A DNA stretch of 64,000 bases from Heterodontus francisci (taxonomy: Eukaryota): positions 21,914,084 to 21,978,083 of the forward strand of contig NC_090407.1 in assembly GCF_036365525.1 (NCBI RefSeq), written 5' to 3'. Under the pieces are notes generated by a model. It was not told the origin of the DNA. It searched no databases and saw only the letters and a program-made list of their open reading frames with translations. A program made the translations under genes and the position numbers. Below are positions 63,599-64,000 of the stretch, piece after piece. Numbering within the stretch: the first letter of the stretch is position 1; every line of letters starts with the position of its first letter.

Positions 63599-64000
63599 GC
63601 TTTGCTCCTGTTCCAGATAGGTTTTGAGTAAAATGGCTGTAACCAATTCTAGAGCTTCAGACAGGGAGTGCGTAACACTGTTTGGGTGGTGGTGAAGGGT
63701 AATGAAGGAGGTGCACTTGTTGACCGTACCTTCGGCATTAAGAAAATCCTTATTGATTGCTGTGAATTCCAAGCTGCAGACATCATCTGCCTGCAGGACT
63801 TCCCCAGCAGTGGATATTTTGATGTGACATTCAAGAACCTGGCAGGATGCATCAAGTTCCTGAAGGTGTTCAAGGTGAAGGAAACCAGGCGCTGCTGTCG
63901 ATTCTCACAGTGGAGCCGCTTTTCACGCTGCTGTCGCAACGCGACCGGGTGGTGACAATTCACCCCTGTAACCTCCATGTTCCTGTCGTGGACGTGCTCA
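63566..64000 (+). mobile_element. 5' end of a second U1-headed Tx1 element (runs off the right edge)
   Basis: U1-like head, ATG 63633, ORF1 NTVWVVVKGNEGG..DIICLQDFPSSGYFDVTF. Confidence 0.9.

Overview
Eukaryotic (vertebrate) genomic DNA. The repeat repertoire (CR1, L2, Tx1, Penelope-like, Deu-domain and V-domain SINEs) points to a cartilaginous fish, probably a shark (inference). It holds the conserved KIAA2013-PLOD1-MFN2 syntenic block: the first four coding exons of mfn2 (minus strand, running off the left edge), a complete 19-exon plod1 (minus, 2229 nt CDS, 742 aa; all junctions GT-AG and in frame) and kiaa2013 (plus, two coding exons, 609 aa if read to the first stop), head-to-head with plod1. 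Introns and spacers are filled with nested, decayed transposons. Main observations: (1) a cluster of Tx1-clade LINEs whose 5' ends are a modified U1 snRNA fragment, seen twice and arranged head-to-tail behind other copies at an A(n)CCTGCC site; (2) an APE-RT LINE with no ORF1 and a tRNA/SINE-type head; (3) a PLOD1 orthologue that keeps LH3-like glycosyltransferase residues; (4) GH65/PGGHG-like motifs in its neighbour KIAA2013. All comparisons to reference proteins and RNAs are from memory, not from a search.
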